Shown piece after piece: positions 48,289 through 58,867 of a DNA stretch of 64,000 nt (position 1 is the stretch's first letter; each line of letters begins with the position of its first letter). This DNA is from Myxococcota bacterium. Its GTDB lineage: Bacteria; Myxococcota_A; UBA9160; UBA4427. The position numbers were made by a program, and so were the translations under genes. The DNA is taken from assembly GCA_965250285.1 (NCBI GenBank), contig OZ252299.1:2464001-2528000 (forward strand), given 5' to 3'. The notes below the pieces were generated by a model. It was not told the DNA's origin. It made no database searches and worked only from the letters and a program-made list of their open reading frames with translations.

Positions 48289-49691
48289 ACTGCGCCCGCT
48301 TTGCCATCACGGGCCTCGCATGCGCGGTCGTGCTTCTGGCGTGCGGACCGAGCGCACCGCCCAAGCCCCCCGCGCCAGCGGGCGCGCCGAACGTGATCCT
48401 GATCGTGGTCGACACGCTGCGGGCCGACCGGCTCTCGCAGCTCGGCTACGAGCAGCCGACGAGCGACGCCCTCGACGTGCTGGCCGACCGGGCGACGAGC
48501 TTCCGTCACGCGCGCACCCCCGCGCCGTGGACGGTGCCGAGCGTCGCGTCGATCCTGACCGGCCTGCTCCCCGCACGGCATCGCGTCGACCAGACGGGCT
48601 CGGCGCTCCCCGAGGCACTCGACGTGCTGCCCGAGGTGCTCGCGCGAAACGGCTGGCAGACCGTGGGCGTTTCGTTCAACCGACACATCTCGCGCAAAGC
48701 CGGCTTCGCGCAGGGCTTCGATTCGTTTCGCGACGTCGCGAAGGGACGCACGGGCGCCTACCCCGACATCAGCGAGATGGTCGACCAGGCGCTTGCTTGG
48801 GTCGCAGACCGCGACCCGACGCGCCCCTTCTTTCTCTATCTGCAGCCCATGAACGTGCACGGGCCCTACCGCGTGCCCGACGCGCGACGGAACGCACTGC
48901 TGGGCCGGCCGCCGAGGCCCGGCTTCGAGTACAAGGGTGCCCTCATGGACGGGATCGTGAAGGAGCACCGACTCGAGCTGCGGGCCGACGTCACCCCCGA
49001 GATCCGCACGAGCCTGAACGAGCAGTACGACACCGCCGTGCGCTATACGGCCGACGAGCTCGGTCGACTGCTTGCAGGCCTGACGGATGCCGGCGTCTTC
49101 GACGACGCGCTGGTCGTGCTGACCGCCGACCATGGCGAGGAGCTCTTCGAGCGGGGTGGCTTCGACCACGCCTACAACCTGAACCGCGAGGTGCTGCACG
49201 TCCCGCTCTGGGTGAAGCAGCCCGGGCAGCGCGAAGCCGTGCACATCGACGAGCCCGTCAGCCTCGTCGACCTGATGCCGACGCTCCTCGACCTGCTCTC
49301 GCTCTCGCACGACCTCAGCGCCGACATCGATGGCCGAAGCCTGCGGCCCCTGCTCGAAGGCCCGCCCTCGGCCGCGCCGCCGCCCATCCTCGCTCAGGCG
49401 ATCAATCCCGAACGGTGCAGCGGGCGCAGCTACAGAGAGGGGTCGTGGGAGCTGATGGTGATCGACGAGAGCTACGATCCGGCGGCCGTCGGCACCCGAC
49501 TCTACGATCTCGCGCGCGACCCCGAGCAGCAGCGCGATCTCGCGCCCGACGATCCCGAGCGCGCACATGCGATGCGCGCGCGGCTCGAAGCCTTCTACGA
49601 CGGGCTACCGGCCAATGCGTATCCGCGGGCGCGCTACGACCTCGACGATGAGACGCGATCAGCCCTCGAGGCGATCGGTTATGGCGACTGA
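48285..49691 (+). CDS. Sulfatase-like hydrolase/transferase lipoprotein
   Basis: Lipobox LLAC; PNVILIVVDTLRAD, PWTVPSVASILTG, VHGPY, TADHGEE, LYDLARDPEQ. Confidence 0.88.
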   Translation: MNCARFAITGLACAVVLLACGPSAPPKPPAPAGAPNVILIVVDTLRADRLSQLGYEQPTSDALDVLADRATSFRHARTPAPWTVPSVASILTGLLPARHRVDQTGSALPEALDVLPEVLARNGWQTVGVSFNRHISRKAGFAQGFDSFRDVAKGRTGAYPDISEMVDQALAWVADRDPTRPFFLYLQPMNVHGPYRVPDARRNALLGRPPRPGFEYKGALMDGIVKEHRLELRADVTPEIRTSLNEQYDTAVRYTADELGRLLAGLTDAGVFDDALVVLTADHGEELFERGGFDHAYNLNREVLHVPLWVKQPGQREAVHIDEPVSLVDLMPTLLDLLSLSHDLSADIDGRSLRPLLEGPPSAAPPPILAQAINPERCSGRSYREGSWELMVIDESYDPAAVGTRLYDLARDPEQQRDLAPDDPERAHAMRARLEAFYDGLPANAYPRARYDLDDETRSALEAIGYGD

Positions 49692-50656
49692 CGGCGCGCG
49701 CCCCGGGTGTCGAAACGCAGGCCGAGGTTTCGGAGCGTGTACGCCGCGCTCACGGCGCCGACGGCCACACGCTGCCAGGCCGCGCTGGCCGGGGCGCGGT
49801 GACCGACGAGACCGCGTGACGCATAGGGGGCGGCGGTGATGACGTCGTTCTCGCCGAAGCCGAGCGCCCGGGTCGCGCGCTGCGCCCGCAAGACCGCTCG
49901 GCGGCGCTCTTCCAGCGCGGCCTCGGAGAGCCCCCGAACCGAAGCGTGGCCCGTCAGGAAGCGTCGCCCGAACTCGCTGGGCGCTTCATCGTCCAAAGGC
50001 AGAACGTCGCCAATCGTCTGCTCGATGCAGGTGAGCCCGTAGTCGAAGAGCGACCAGAACGCGCGGCCCGCGACCTGAGGATCGAGCTCGAAGTAACGTG
50101 ACCGCAGGGCCTCGACCTCGTCGAGATACGCGTCGGCGTGGCGCGAGCCGGTCAGGGCGTCGAGATCGGCCAATGAGATGCCGACCGATTTCGTCCGCGC
50201 GATGAGCTTCCAGAGATCGACTCGACCCCGGCGTTGACCGCGGCGGCGCATCCCGGCGAACTGCCAGAGGCGCTCGAAGACCATCGACCAGCGCTGCTCG
50301 GGCGTCTCGAGACACTCGACGTGGGCGGCGACGTCTTCGCCCCAGATCAGCTTGCGATGCCGATGCGTGGTGAACCGCAGCACGTCGATCTCGCCCAGCG
50401 GCACGACGTCGGGGTCATAGCGGAAGGGCACCCGAAGCAGCGGCGGCAGCTGGTTTCGCACGGCGAAGAACGCGGCGTTGTCGATGCGGGCGCGACGCGG
50501 CACCACCAGCAGATCGAGGTCGGAGAGGCCTGCGTGCGAGAACACACCGACCTGATAGATGGCGACCGCCCGCCGCCCGACCCGGCGGGCATATGCGTGC
50601 GCGGCCTCGTCGTAGCGGGCCCTCGGGATCGGCACGGGGGGGCGGGTGAATCGCAT
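49679..50656 (-). CDS. Hypothetical protein with nucleotidyltransferase-like motif
   Basis: IYQVGVFSHAGLSDLDLLVV resembles the pol-beta NTase G..DxD motif; start uncertain. Confidence 0.6.
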   Translation of the reverse strand: MRFTRPPVPIPRARYDEAAHAYARRVGRRAVAIYQVGVFSHAGLSDLDLLVVPRRARIDNAAFFAVRNQLPPLLRVPFRYDPDVVPLGEIDVLRFTTHRHRKLIWGEDVAAHVECLETPEQRWSMVFERLWQFAGMRRRGQRRGRVDLWKLIARTKSVGISLADLDALTGSRHADAYLDEVEALRSRYFELDPQVAGRAFWSLFDYGLTCIEQTIGDVLPLDDEAPSEFGRRFLTGHASVRGLSEAALEERRRAVLRAQRATRALGFGENDVITAAPYASRGLVGHRAPASAAWQRVAVGAVSAAYTLRNLGLRFDTRGARRQSP

Positions 50657-51051
50657 CTGTGTCACCGACGAGTTTTCAAGACGATCGCCCGTTCGGCGCG
50701 AAGAGCAACCCCGGTGCGGGGGGGGCGCAGCGGCCCGGTCGCCCCGAGTCGGAGGCTCGCGTCGCATCGGCTGTGGCATGATGCGTGACACCAACCGATG
50801 TCGGAGACGCGACTGCGGGGTTCAGGCCTCGACGTGCACGCTCGCCCGGCCGGCGCGGCGCGCCTCAGGTCGGACGCTCTCGCCCGGCCTTGCACTTCGA
50901 GCCGCTCGGGGGCCGGATTCGGCCGCGCGACCCGCACATCCGATCGCTCGCGCCGCCGCAGAGGTACCCGTTCGGGATGACGAGGTCGTGGGGCGTGGCT
51001 TGGGCCTACCCTGGTGACGCGCTCAGAGTTCTGCCGCGATGCCTCGCCGGC

Positions 51052-51780
51052 CTAGGCCGCCGGATCGGCCGGCTCCCACCCCAGAACGCTCTCGGTCGCG
51101 GGGCACGCGAGGTGCGCCAGCCACGGGTCGACGATCCGATCCGGCATCTCGACATCGAACCAGCGATCGACGAGGCCCCAGTGGATCGGGCTCGACATGT
51201 AGTCGATGTGGAGGCCGTCGACGGTTTCGAACTCCTGCTCCCACAGGTGCGTCCATCGCGAGGCGATCCCGCCCTGCCCCGGCGGCGCGATCCGCGCGAG
51301 GTGCCAGTTCCGCATCGCAGGGATCGCCGCGGGCATCCGCAGCGTCTCCGCCTCGAAACGCGCGACGACGTCGACTGGGGTCCCGGGGTCGACGCGGAGC
51401 CAGAGCGTCCGCTTCACACCAGCGAGGCTCGGCGAGGCGCAGGCCGAGTCGAGCGTGAGAGGACGGCCGAACTCGACCGACGAGACCGACGCACCGATCG
51501 CGGCGCAGGCGCCGGCGAACGCGTCTTCTCGACGGGCGAGCGCTTCGAAGGCACCGCTCGGCCCGCTCGCCTCAGCGGCGGCACAGAGCGCATCTGCCCC
51601 GGCCTCGGTGGCGGCAAGCAGATCCCAGGTCACGTCGCCGCCGCCGACGGCGAAGTCGAAGTGAGCGCCCGCATGTGCGCGCTCGACCAAGCCTCCCGAG
51701 ACCGCGCCAAGTGCTTTCGCAACGACACCCGGGTCGGCGCCTTCCGCGAGGTGGACCTGCGCGACGAGGCGACGACTCAT
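51052..51780 (-). CDS. Dabb / stress-responsive A/B barrel protein
   Basis: FEAETLRMPAAIPAMRNWHL, WTHLWEQEF, YMSSPIHW; ATGA overlap with the upstream gene. Confidence 0.8.
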   Translation of the reverse strand: MSRRLVAQVHLAEGADPGVVAKALGAVSGGLVERAHAGAHFDFAVGGGDVTWDLLAATEAGADALCAAAEASGPSGAFEALARREDAFAGACAAIGASVSSVEFGRPLTLDSACASPSLAGVKRTLWLRVDPGTPVDVVARFEAETLRMPAAIPAMRNWHLARIAPPGQGGIASRWTHLWEQEFETVDGLHIDYMSSPIHWGLVDRWFDVEMPDRIVDPWLAHLACPATESVLGWEPADPAA

Positions 51781-52151
51781 GCGTGCATCCGCCCGATCGC
51801 CTCGAACCGCGCGACCGACTTGGGCGACGCCGCATAGCGTCGGGTGCGGGACGCGACGAAGCGTTCCACGTCGCGCCAGAACGCGACGACATTCTCGCCG
51901 GAGTTCTGGCTGCGCATCGTCCAGAAGCCCTGGATCCCGTCGAGACGCCAGACGAGCATGACCCGAACCGGGACGCCCTTCGAATCGATCGGCGGCGTGA
52001 TCCAGGTGTGGACGAGGTGCTGGCCTCGCGCTTCCGCGCCGGGGCGGTAGTCGCGCTCGAGCGCCTCGAGAAAGCCGTTGCGGCCCCCCTCACGCAGCTC
52101 GAGCTCGTCGATGACGTAGACCGGATCGACTTCTTCGCTCGCCTCGTCCAA
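51777..52151 (-). CDS. NIPSNAP/dimeric alpha-beta barrel-like protein
   Basis: VYVIDEL, YRPGAEARG..L..TW.TPP, FWTMR, SRTRR. Confidence 0.7.
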   Translation of the reverse strand: MDEASEEVDPVYVIDELELREGGRNGFLEALERDYRPGAEARGQHLVHTWITPPIDSKGVPVRVMLVWRLDGIQGFWTMRSQNSGENVVAFWRDVERFVASRTRRYAASPKSVARFEAIGRMHA

Positions 52152-52459
52152 GCTGGCCTCCGAGAAGCGGGGCGTGCCGCGGAAGGCCGGAACGTAGCGC
52201 TAGGCGTCGTCCTCGGAAGCCGCTTCTTCGTCGACGTCGAAGGCACTCGAGGCGACCGGCGCGAGATGCGGCCCCAACTACGTCTCCGTCTCGGCGGGCC
52301 TCGTCGAAGGCGTGGACAGCGCCATCTGGCCGACGTCGTTCGAGAGCGGCGCGGACATGTCGAGCCGACCGACGACGACCGCGACGTCGTACATCATGAT
52401 GACTCTGGCGACCCGCCAGGAGACGTCACGGACCAGAGCTCACTCACCCGATTCGAGAG

Positions 52460-52562
52460 CCGACACGGCGACCGCACCATCGCGAAGCGCCTCGGACTGA
52501 CCGACAAGACCATCGCCAAGGCAATCGCATGCGTTCTGCGCCGCCTCGCCGAATCTGCATGA
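52460..52562 (+). pseudogene. HTH-protein C-terminal remnant
   Basis: DRTIAKRLGLTDKTIAKAIACV* helix-turn-helix pattern with no credible N-terminus. Confidence 0.45.
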
Positions 52563-52915
52563 GGCGCGGCCGTCTTGATGCGAACATGGGCTCACGCGCA
52601 CCGCTCGTGGCGAATGCGGCGGCTCGGAGATTCTAACCGCCGTCCGAGTCGGGCGGGCCGGCCCGCATCGGGGGCCACCCACAGGGTTGAGCCGATGATC
52701 GGGTGCGGACCCGGAGTCAGAAACGTGGAGATGTCGGTCGGGTATGCGCCAAAGAGCGCACACCACGGCACCAATCTCCTCTTCCGATGAGATGCGGCAC
52801 ATGGCGGTGCACGAGTCGTTCCCTACTGTTCGACGTCGGCCTGGCGCCGTCATGCGCGCTCCTCCGCCCAGGTGGGCTCGCATGATTCGAATCCGCGTAG
52901 AGGGCAGAGGCAACC

Positions 52916-55900
52916 GTGAACGCAGAGATCCTCCGACTCCGTGCGACCCTCGCCGCGAACCTCCGCCGTCTGATCCGCCGCCCCGCGGTCGAAGCCAAGG
53001 AGCTCGCGGCGTTCGACCTGCTGATGACGCGGCGCGCTTTCCTGAACGCAGCGCAGATGACGGCGGTCGGGGCGCTCGTGCAGTCGGCGCTGCCGCCAAC
53101 CGCCTGGGGGAAGGCCGATCCCGACCTCGCCGTCAGTGCGAATGAGGTCGGGCTGACGGCGGCAGACGAGAGCTCCGTGCTCGCGGCCTCGCAGCTCCAG
53201 TTCGGGAGCGAGCTCTTCACGGACTCGATCTACGCCCAGCCCGTGATCTCACCGCAGGAGCCGCTCTCCCACGCCCTGATCGAAGGCGTGCGCATGCGCC
53301 CGCGGATCCAGAGCGACCTCTCCAGCACCGATCCCACCGAGCTGGACTTCCTCGATACGGACTTCCACTTCGGCGAGATGGAGCTGATCCAGATCGAAGA
53401 GGTCGACACGGACGAGTACGAACTCGTCCACTACTACTATCCGCTCTCGGGGCGCACCGACGGCGCGAAGACGGACGGTTTGATCCGCCAGGTGATCGTC
53501 GGGACCGGCGTCCTGACGAACCCGACCAAGGTTCTCGCGGTGACCGGGGCGAACAGCAACAAACTCGTTGCCAGCGGCACGACGCTCACCAATACGTGCT
53601 CCTACATGGTCTACGTCGAATGCGACAACGGCACGGACGAGAATCTGCTGATGATCGGCACGTCGACGCAGACCCTCGAAGCGCCGTACGATTCGACGAG
53701 CTCCGACTACCCGATCACCTGGGTCTCCCACCATTCGGGATCGATCTCGATGCCGTGGGGTTCGGGGTACGTCCTCGCCGACAAGTACAGCGACTCGGGG
53801 ATGACGAGCGACACGACCTACGATCCCACCCAGGCCAGCGAGCACATCATCATCAACACGTCGTCGGGCTACCTGACGGTGTGCTCCCTCTGCGACTCCG
53901 ATCCGGACAACATCACGCTCGTCCAGACGAAGGTGCCGATCTCGTACACGAACACTCGGGTGATTCACATCGAGTGGGACAACGAGCTCGACGACGGAGT
54001 TGCGAAGTCACCCAGCTCGGTCGTCACGATCTACAACGACAGCGGCGACATGCAGACGTGGAAGCAGTACGGTCCCACTCTCGACACCCACGATACGCCC
54101 TTCGGAAGCAGCGACGTTCAACGCTGCTACTACACGATGGCCAAGAGCCAGGAGGAGTCGAACAAGGGCACCAGCAACACCTCGATATTCGGCCCGAACT
54201 ACAAGAATCTTCGCACCGTCCAGAATCTCTTTACGTCGACCCCGGTGGAAGGCAGTACGCGCCACGTCAAGCTCGTCAATCTGCAGGGCCAGGCGCTCGC
54301 CGTCGTGGTCTTGAACTACAGCAGCGGCGATACGTGGACACAAATCGAGGGCTGCTTCCCGCTCGTCGTTCCAGACGCGGCTGGCATCGGCTCGGTCGTC
54401 AATCTGAGCGGTGGGATGACGAAATTCGGGGGCTACCGGTTCCTCGCCCACGATGACGAGGGCAACGTGTTCCTCTTGCGCCAGCAACGGCTTGCCGAGA
54501 GTACTTCGCCCTACGGGCCGCCGATCTACGTCTACAACGACTCGGTCGGTGCCACGAAGACTTTCACGAACGTCAGCAAGATGTCGTTTCCCTCGACGCT
54601 CGCATCCGACTCGAACCTCCGGGACGTGGATGAGTACAGGACCACGCTCGACGGCGAGTACAATTATTTCGTCTTCAATCTCCTTCTGAATACCGCACTC
54701 GGCTTCTGCACCGACGATACGGGCGTGGCTCAGGCGACCTGGCTCGGCAATTCGTACTCGGCCGCCTATGCGCCCCATCGCTACGCCCATGACTCCGAGC
54801 ATGTCGTCGTCAAGCAGACCGAGCAGAGCGGGAGCACCGAGTACACGGCCTACGCACGCTTCAATCAGCCGGTGACCAAGACGTGGCACACTCGGGCCAT
54901 CGCATCGCAGACCCTGCCGACGAGCCCGGGCGAGGAGCTGAGCGGCGAGTTCTACCACGTCACGATCACGCCGCAGAACGCGTACGGCCGATCCGTCCCG
55001 CTCTCGGCTTCGGAGAACGACGGGGTGCAGATCGAGGTGCGGGCCGACGCCCCCTGCATGGTCGTGGACGAAGGGACGAACCTCTATCACGACGTCGATC
55101 GGTACACGTCGTTTCTGTCGGCGCCCACGAACGCGTCGAGCGACCTCGATCTCGCCATCCAGGCAGACGTCTTCTCGCAAGTCCTCTATGCGAGGCTCGT
55201 GAACGCCGACGAGCTCTCGCCCTCGTCGAGCGACAGCGGGATGACCTCGGGATCGGCGGCCATCGTCAGTGACTGGGCCACGGTGAACGTGGCGCTGCAG
55301 GCCCAGCAGCGCATGAGCACGACCGAGGACTCGGCCACTTCGACGACATCGACCACGTCGACGAGCGCGCAGGGCGCGCAGCTCGATACCAACGTGTACG
55401 TCAGCGGCACGACCATCGAGTCGAGCCAGTCTTCTGCGGGCTGGCAGACCAAGGGGACGTACGAGGCGTCGACGGCCAACTTCCAGGGCCTGGCGTCCTA
55501 CTTCAATACGTCTGGGGATCAGCTCCAGACAGCCAGTCAGACGATGACCGAAGCCACGTCGTCGAGCTCGGTCGATCCTCTGAGCAGCGTCACGATGCTG
55601 CAGGGCAACTCCGCTTCTTCCACGACGTCGATCGCCTTCGCGTACGACGCGGGCACGATCACGAGCTCGAGCTCGAGCTCGACCTCCTCGACGCTCGCGT
55701 CGGCCGCGTCCTCGTCACAGGAGCTCGGGAGTGTCTGGGGCTCGATTTCGCACGATCTCCATGATGCTCTCCAGTACCTCCAGAATCAGATCACGAAGGA
55801 CGCGTACGAGGCGATCTCCACCGGCGTGACCATTGCCTTCGACGCGGCACAGTATTCGGCGGTCACCGTCGGTGCCGACATCATGAAGGCGGTAAACGGC

Positions 55901-57472
55901 GTCGACACGGCTCTGGTCGAAACGGTCGAGACCGTCGAAGAGCTCGGTTCGGTGATCGAGAACCTCGTCCTGACGGTGATCGAGCACACGTTCCTCTACG
56001 AGTTCATCGAGGCGATGATCGAGCTGATCTCGCTCTTCTATCACCTCGAAGACATCCAGAAGCTGAGCACGAGCCTGAAGGACACCTTCCTCGGCATGTT
56101 CTCGGACGGCACGATGAGCTCGTCGGTCTCGTCACCCGGCTTCGAGAGCGTGCTCTCTCCCTACATTGGGCCCGGGAACACGATGTCGTCCGCGATGGGG
56201 TCTGTCGATACCGACGATGTCGCCGACGCGATCACTCAGACCGTCATGGATTTCGCGCAGGGCAACCCGCTCACCAAGAAGATCCTGAGCAAGATCAGCA
56301 ACGCCGTGATGCAGGCCGTCGACGACGAAGCGTCGACGCTTCCGCTCTCCTTCGACATGGACGCGACCTCGGTATCCGACATTGCGAGCACGATCTCGGC
56401 GGTCCTGAGCGATCTCGAGGCCGTCGTCGTGAACGTCACGGACGACGTCATGACCTTCCTCGTGACCGAGGTCGAGGACGACATCGCCGACCCGAAGGCG
56501 ACCTTCCAGAACTTCCAGAGTGGTCTGGGATCGGCCCTCGACGAGATCGTGAGCGATGCCGTCGACCCCTTCTACACGCTCCTCGAGACGCTGCTCGACG
56601 GAGACTCCTCATACGTCTACGACGCGCTCTCAGAGGACGCCTACGTCACCCTCAATCTCTCGAAGCTGATCGACTTTATGTCGATCCTGGGCGTCGGGAC
56701 GAAGGGCACGTCGAGCTGGAGCCTCTCGGGCTCCGAGGCGATCTTCTTCCCTCTCGCCGTGGTGACCTGGTGCGTCACCTATGCGGGCACGGGGAAGAGC
56801 ATCTCGTCGATCGGCGACCTGTCGAGCGTGAGCGCCGAGCTGGGGGCGTCCGTAAGCTCGAGCACCGCCTCGAAGACCTACTCCGACGCCTCCATCGCCG
56901 CGCCAGCGATCGTGCTCGGCGTCGGCGAGCTGGTCTGGGCCGCCATCCAGTCCGTCTCGTCCGATGACACCGATACCGAGACGCTCTCCGCGCTGGGGGC
57001 GTGGTGCGCCGAGATCAAGGCGCTGGGTTCGCTCTCCTTCGCGACCTATTCGAAGGCCCAGGGGTGGACCGTCCCCGACTGGACGTTGATCATCGATTTC
57101 ATCCGGGCCGCGACCGCCACGGCGGGGATCTACTTCACCTGGCCTGGGAAGGACAACAACGAGGCCAATTCGAGTGGCTTGAAACCCACCGACGTCGTCC
57201 TCTTCCTCAACGCCCTGTGTGCCGCGTGCTTCGTCGGAGCCTATACGGCCGAGACCGTGAGCGAGGACGGTTCGGACATGACGACCGCCGAGATCGAGAA
57301 GCTCGTGGGCGGCGACCTCCTGCAGGTGCCGACCCTCATCCGCTTCTTCTATCGGATCCTCGCCGCCGGCGACTCGCCGCCCGATCCGGACGTGTTGGCC
57401 GGCGCCACCATCGTCATGGTCGGCTCTACCACCGCGGGCGCCTATCTGCAGATCAGCGCCGAGAGCAGCTGA
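52916..57472 (+). CDS. Large Ser/Thr/Asp-rich hypothetical protein with twin-arginine signal
   Basis: 1518-codon ORF with coding-like bias; TRRAFL..AWG Tat motif (alternative start ATG 53024); beta-rich N-half, helical/hydrophobic C-terminus. Confidence 0.88.
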   Translation: MNAEILRLRATLAANLRRLIRRPAVEAKELAAFDLLMTRRAFLNAAQMTAVGALVQSALPPTAWGKADPDLAVSANEVGLTAADESSVLAASQLQFGSELFTDSIYAQPVISPQEPLSHALIEGVRMRPRIQSDLSSTDPTELDFLDTDFHFGEMELIQIEEVDTDEYELVHYYYPLSGRTDGAKTDGLIRQVIVGTGVLTNPTKVLAVTGANSNKLVASGTTLTNTCSYMVYVECDNGTDENLLMIGTSTQTLEAPYDSTSSDYPITWVSHHSGSISMPWGSGYVLADKYSDSGMTSDTTYDPTQASEHIIINTSSGYLTVCSLCDSDPDNITLVQTKVPISYTNTRVIHIEWDNELDDGVAKSPSSVVTIYNDSGDMQTWKQYGPTLDTHDTPFGSSDVQRCYYTMAKSQEESNKGTSNTSIFGPNYKNLRTVQNLFTSTPVEGSTRHVKLVNLQGQALAVVVLNYSSGDTWTQIEGCFPLVVPDAAGIGSVVNLSGGMTKFGGYRFLAHDDEGNVFLLRQQRLAESTSPYGPPIYVYNDSVGATKTFTNVSKMSFPSTLASDSNLRDVDEYRTTLDGEYNYFVFNLLLNTALGFCTDDTGVAQATWLGNSYSAAYAPHRYAHDSEHVVVKQTEQSGSTEYTAYARFNQPVTKTWHTRAIASQTLPTSPGEELSGEFYHVTITPQNAYGRSVPLSASENDGVQIEVRADAPCMVVDEGTNLYHDVDRYTSFLSAPTNASSDLDLAIQADVFSQVLYARLVNADELSPSSSDSGMTSGSAAIVSDWATVNVALQAQQRMSTTEDSATSTTSTTSTSAQGAQLDTNVYVSGTTIESSQSSAGWQTKGTYEASTANFQGLASYFNTSGDQLQTASQTMTEATSSSSVDPLSSVTMLQGNSASSTTSIAFAYDAGTITSSSSSSTSSTLASAASSSQELGSVWGSISHDLHDALQYLQNQITKDAYEAISTGVTIAFDAAQYSAVTVGADIMKAVNGVDTALVETVETVEELGSVIENLVLTVIEHTFLYEFIEAMIELISLFYHLEDIQKLSTSLKDTFLGMFSDGTMSSSVSSPGFESVLSPYIGPGNTMSSAMGSVDTDDVADAITQTVMDFAQGNPLTKKILSKISNAVMQAVDDEASTLPLSFDMDATSVSDIASTISAVLSDLEAVVVNVTDDVMTFLVTEVEDDIADPKATFQNFQSGLGSALDEIVSDAVDPFYTLLETLLDGDSSYVYDALSEDAYVTLNLSKLIDFMSILGVGTKGTSSWSLSGSEAIFFPLAVVTWCVTYAGTGKSISSIGDLSSVSAELGASVSSSTASKTYSDASIAAPAIVLGVGELVWAAIQSVSSDDTDTETLSALGAWCAEIKALGSLSFATYSKAQGWTVPDWTLIIDFIRAATATAGIYFTWPGKDNNEANSSGLKPTDVVLFLNALCAACFVGAYTAETVSEDGSDMTTAEIEKLVGGDLLQVPTLIRFFYRILAAGDSPPDPDVLAGATIVMVGSTTAGAYLQISAESS

Positions 57473-57529
57473 GAACGCTCCCCTGGCTCGATACGCCAGG
57501 GGGGAGCTCTTCACGACGGAGACAGAATC

Positions 57530-58426
57530 ATGCGGACGAAGTGCCCCAATGCACCCGAAACGCGCGCCCGGCGCTCGCCTGCGCCCGGACGGTTCGTGAC
57601 GAGCGCTTTGCTGCTCTCGATCGCGACGACGAGTGCAGCGCTCGCCAACGACATCGAGGACACGCGCTCGGCCACGGCCGAGCTCGGCGAGCACGCGCTC
57701 GTGCTCGCCGAGATGAACGCCGTGCGGTCGGTCGTAGGCCAGCCGCCGCTCGAGGCCATTCCGGCCGCAGCCGATCGGGTCGCTGCGTTGCAGGTGGCTT
57801 CGCATCGCCTGGCGACGGCGGAGGAGCGACTCGAGGCCGCCATCGCCGCAGACACGAAGGGGGCGAAGAGCGAGTGGGCGGACGCAGTCGAGCACCTGAG
57901 CCATCTGCTGAAGAAGGATGACCGGATCGGCCTGCTCGGAGCGCTCGACCACTCGTTCGGAAAGACGGCAAGCGCCGTCGTCACCGATCTGGTGCGCCAC
58001 CGTGGCCCGATCGAGAAGGGCGATCCGACGTCGATTCGCGCGCTTTTCGACTCGCTCGAGTCCCGGTTCCCGCACTGGAAGAAGGACCTGCGCAAGCTCG
58101 GCAAGCACTACGACGAGATCCTTCGTCTCGCGACGGCCGACTGCGACGGCGATCGCCCGTCGGGCTGCGACCGGACGCGTGCGTTCGACCTGAATGATGC
58201 AGCCGAGCGACTGACGAAATATGCGGAGGCGAGCAAGAAGATCGAGAGCGAGTACGGCGCCGATATCGCGAAGGCGATCTTCGAGTTCGTCTCCCGCCAC
58301 CCGACAGGCTTGTTGCAGGACGTCTCGGGCGGGACCGCGATGCTCACAGCGCTGGCCGACGAGCGGGTCGCCGTGCTCCAGATGGCGGCGAAGCAGCTGG
58401 AGGCACGGGCGGCGCCTGCTCGCTAG
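57530..58426 (+). CDS. Hypothetical exported helical protein
   Basis: Signal-like ALLLSIATTSAALA; amphipathic helices; CDGDRPSGC loop; start uncertain. Confidence 0.75.
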   Translation: MRTKCPNAPETRARRSPAPGRFVTSALLLSIATTSAALANDIEDTRSATAELGEHALVLAEMNAVRSVVGQPPLEAIPAAADRVAALQVASHRLATAEERLEAAIAADTKGAKSEWADAVEHLSHLLKKDDRIGLLGALDHSFGKTASAVVTDLVRHRGPIEKGDPTSIRALFDSLESRFPHWKKDLRKLGKHYDEILRLATADCDGDRPSGCDRTRAFDLNDAAERLTKYAEASKKIESEYGADIAKAIFEFVSRHPTGLLQDVSGGTAMLTALADERVAVLQMAAKQLEARAAPAR

Positions 58427-58867
58427 CAGCGCTCGGCTTCCGCCCCCTCCTGCGATGATGCGGAGACGGAGGCGGCCATCTTGAAAGTAGACGGGAGTCG
58501 TTGGAGGCGGACGCAAAGTATTCTAGCCGCCGGGGCCCTGCCATTCGAGATAGCGATGCTCGAAACCTCGGCGCCGCCGCCTCGATACCGGCATGGGCTC
58601 ACGCGAATCGCTCGCGGGCGGATGCGGATAGGAAGAGTAAGCCCGTTCTCGGCTCGAGGCCCGATAACGCGAGGCTATGCGAAGCAGAGATCTGCGGGGG
58701 CCTGACCCCACCTCGGGTCGCAACGGGAGCCGGAACGGCCACGCTGGCCCCAAATCTCTCGGAAACTCCAGTCTGCCGGGCGCCGCTCACTTGTGTCTGC
58801 GGCGAAGATTCTCCGAAGACAGTAATTCGTAAGATCTGATCTCAACTCAGAGCTAAGAGGCTTGCCA

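Noticed and set aside
55300..55720. TCGAGC/ACGTCG low-complexity runs as DNA repeats
   Set aside because: They encode poly-Ser/Thr linkers within the large CDS
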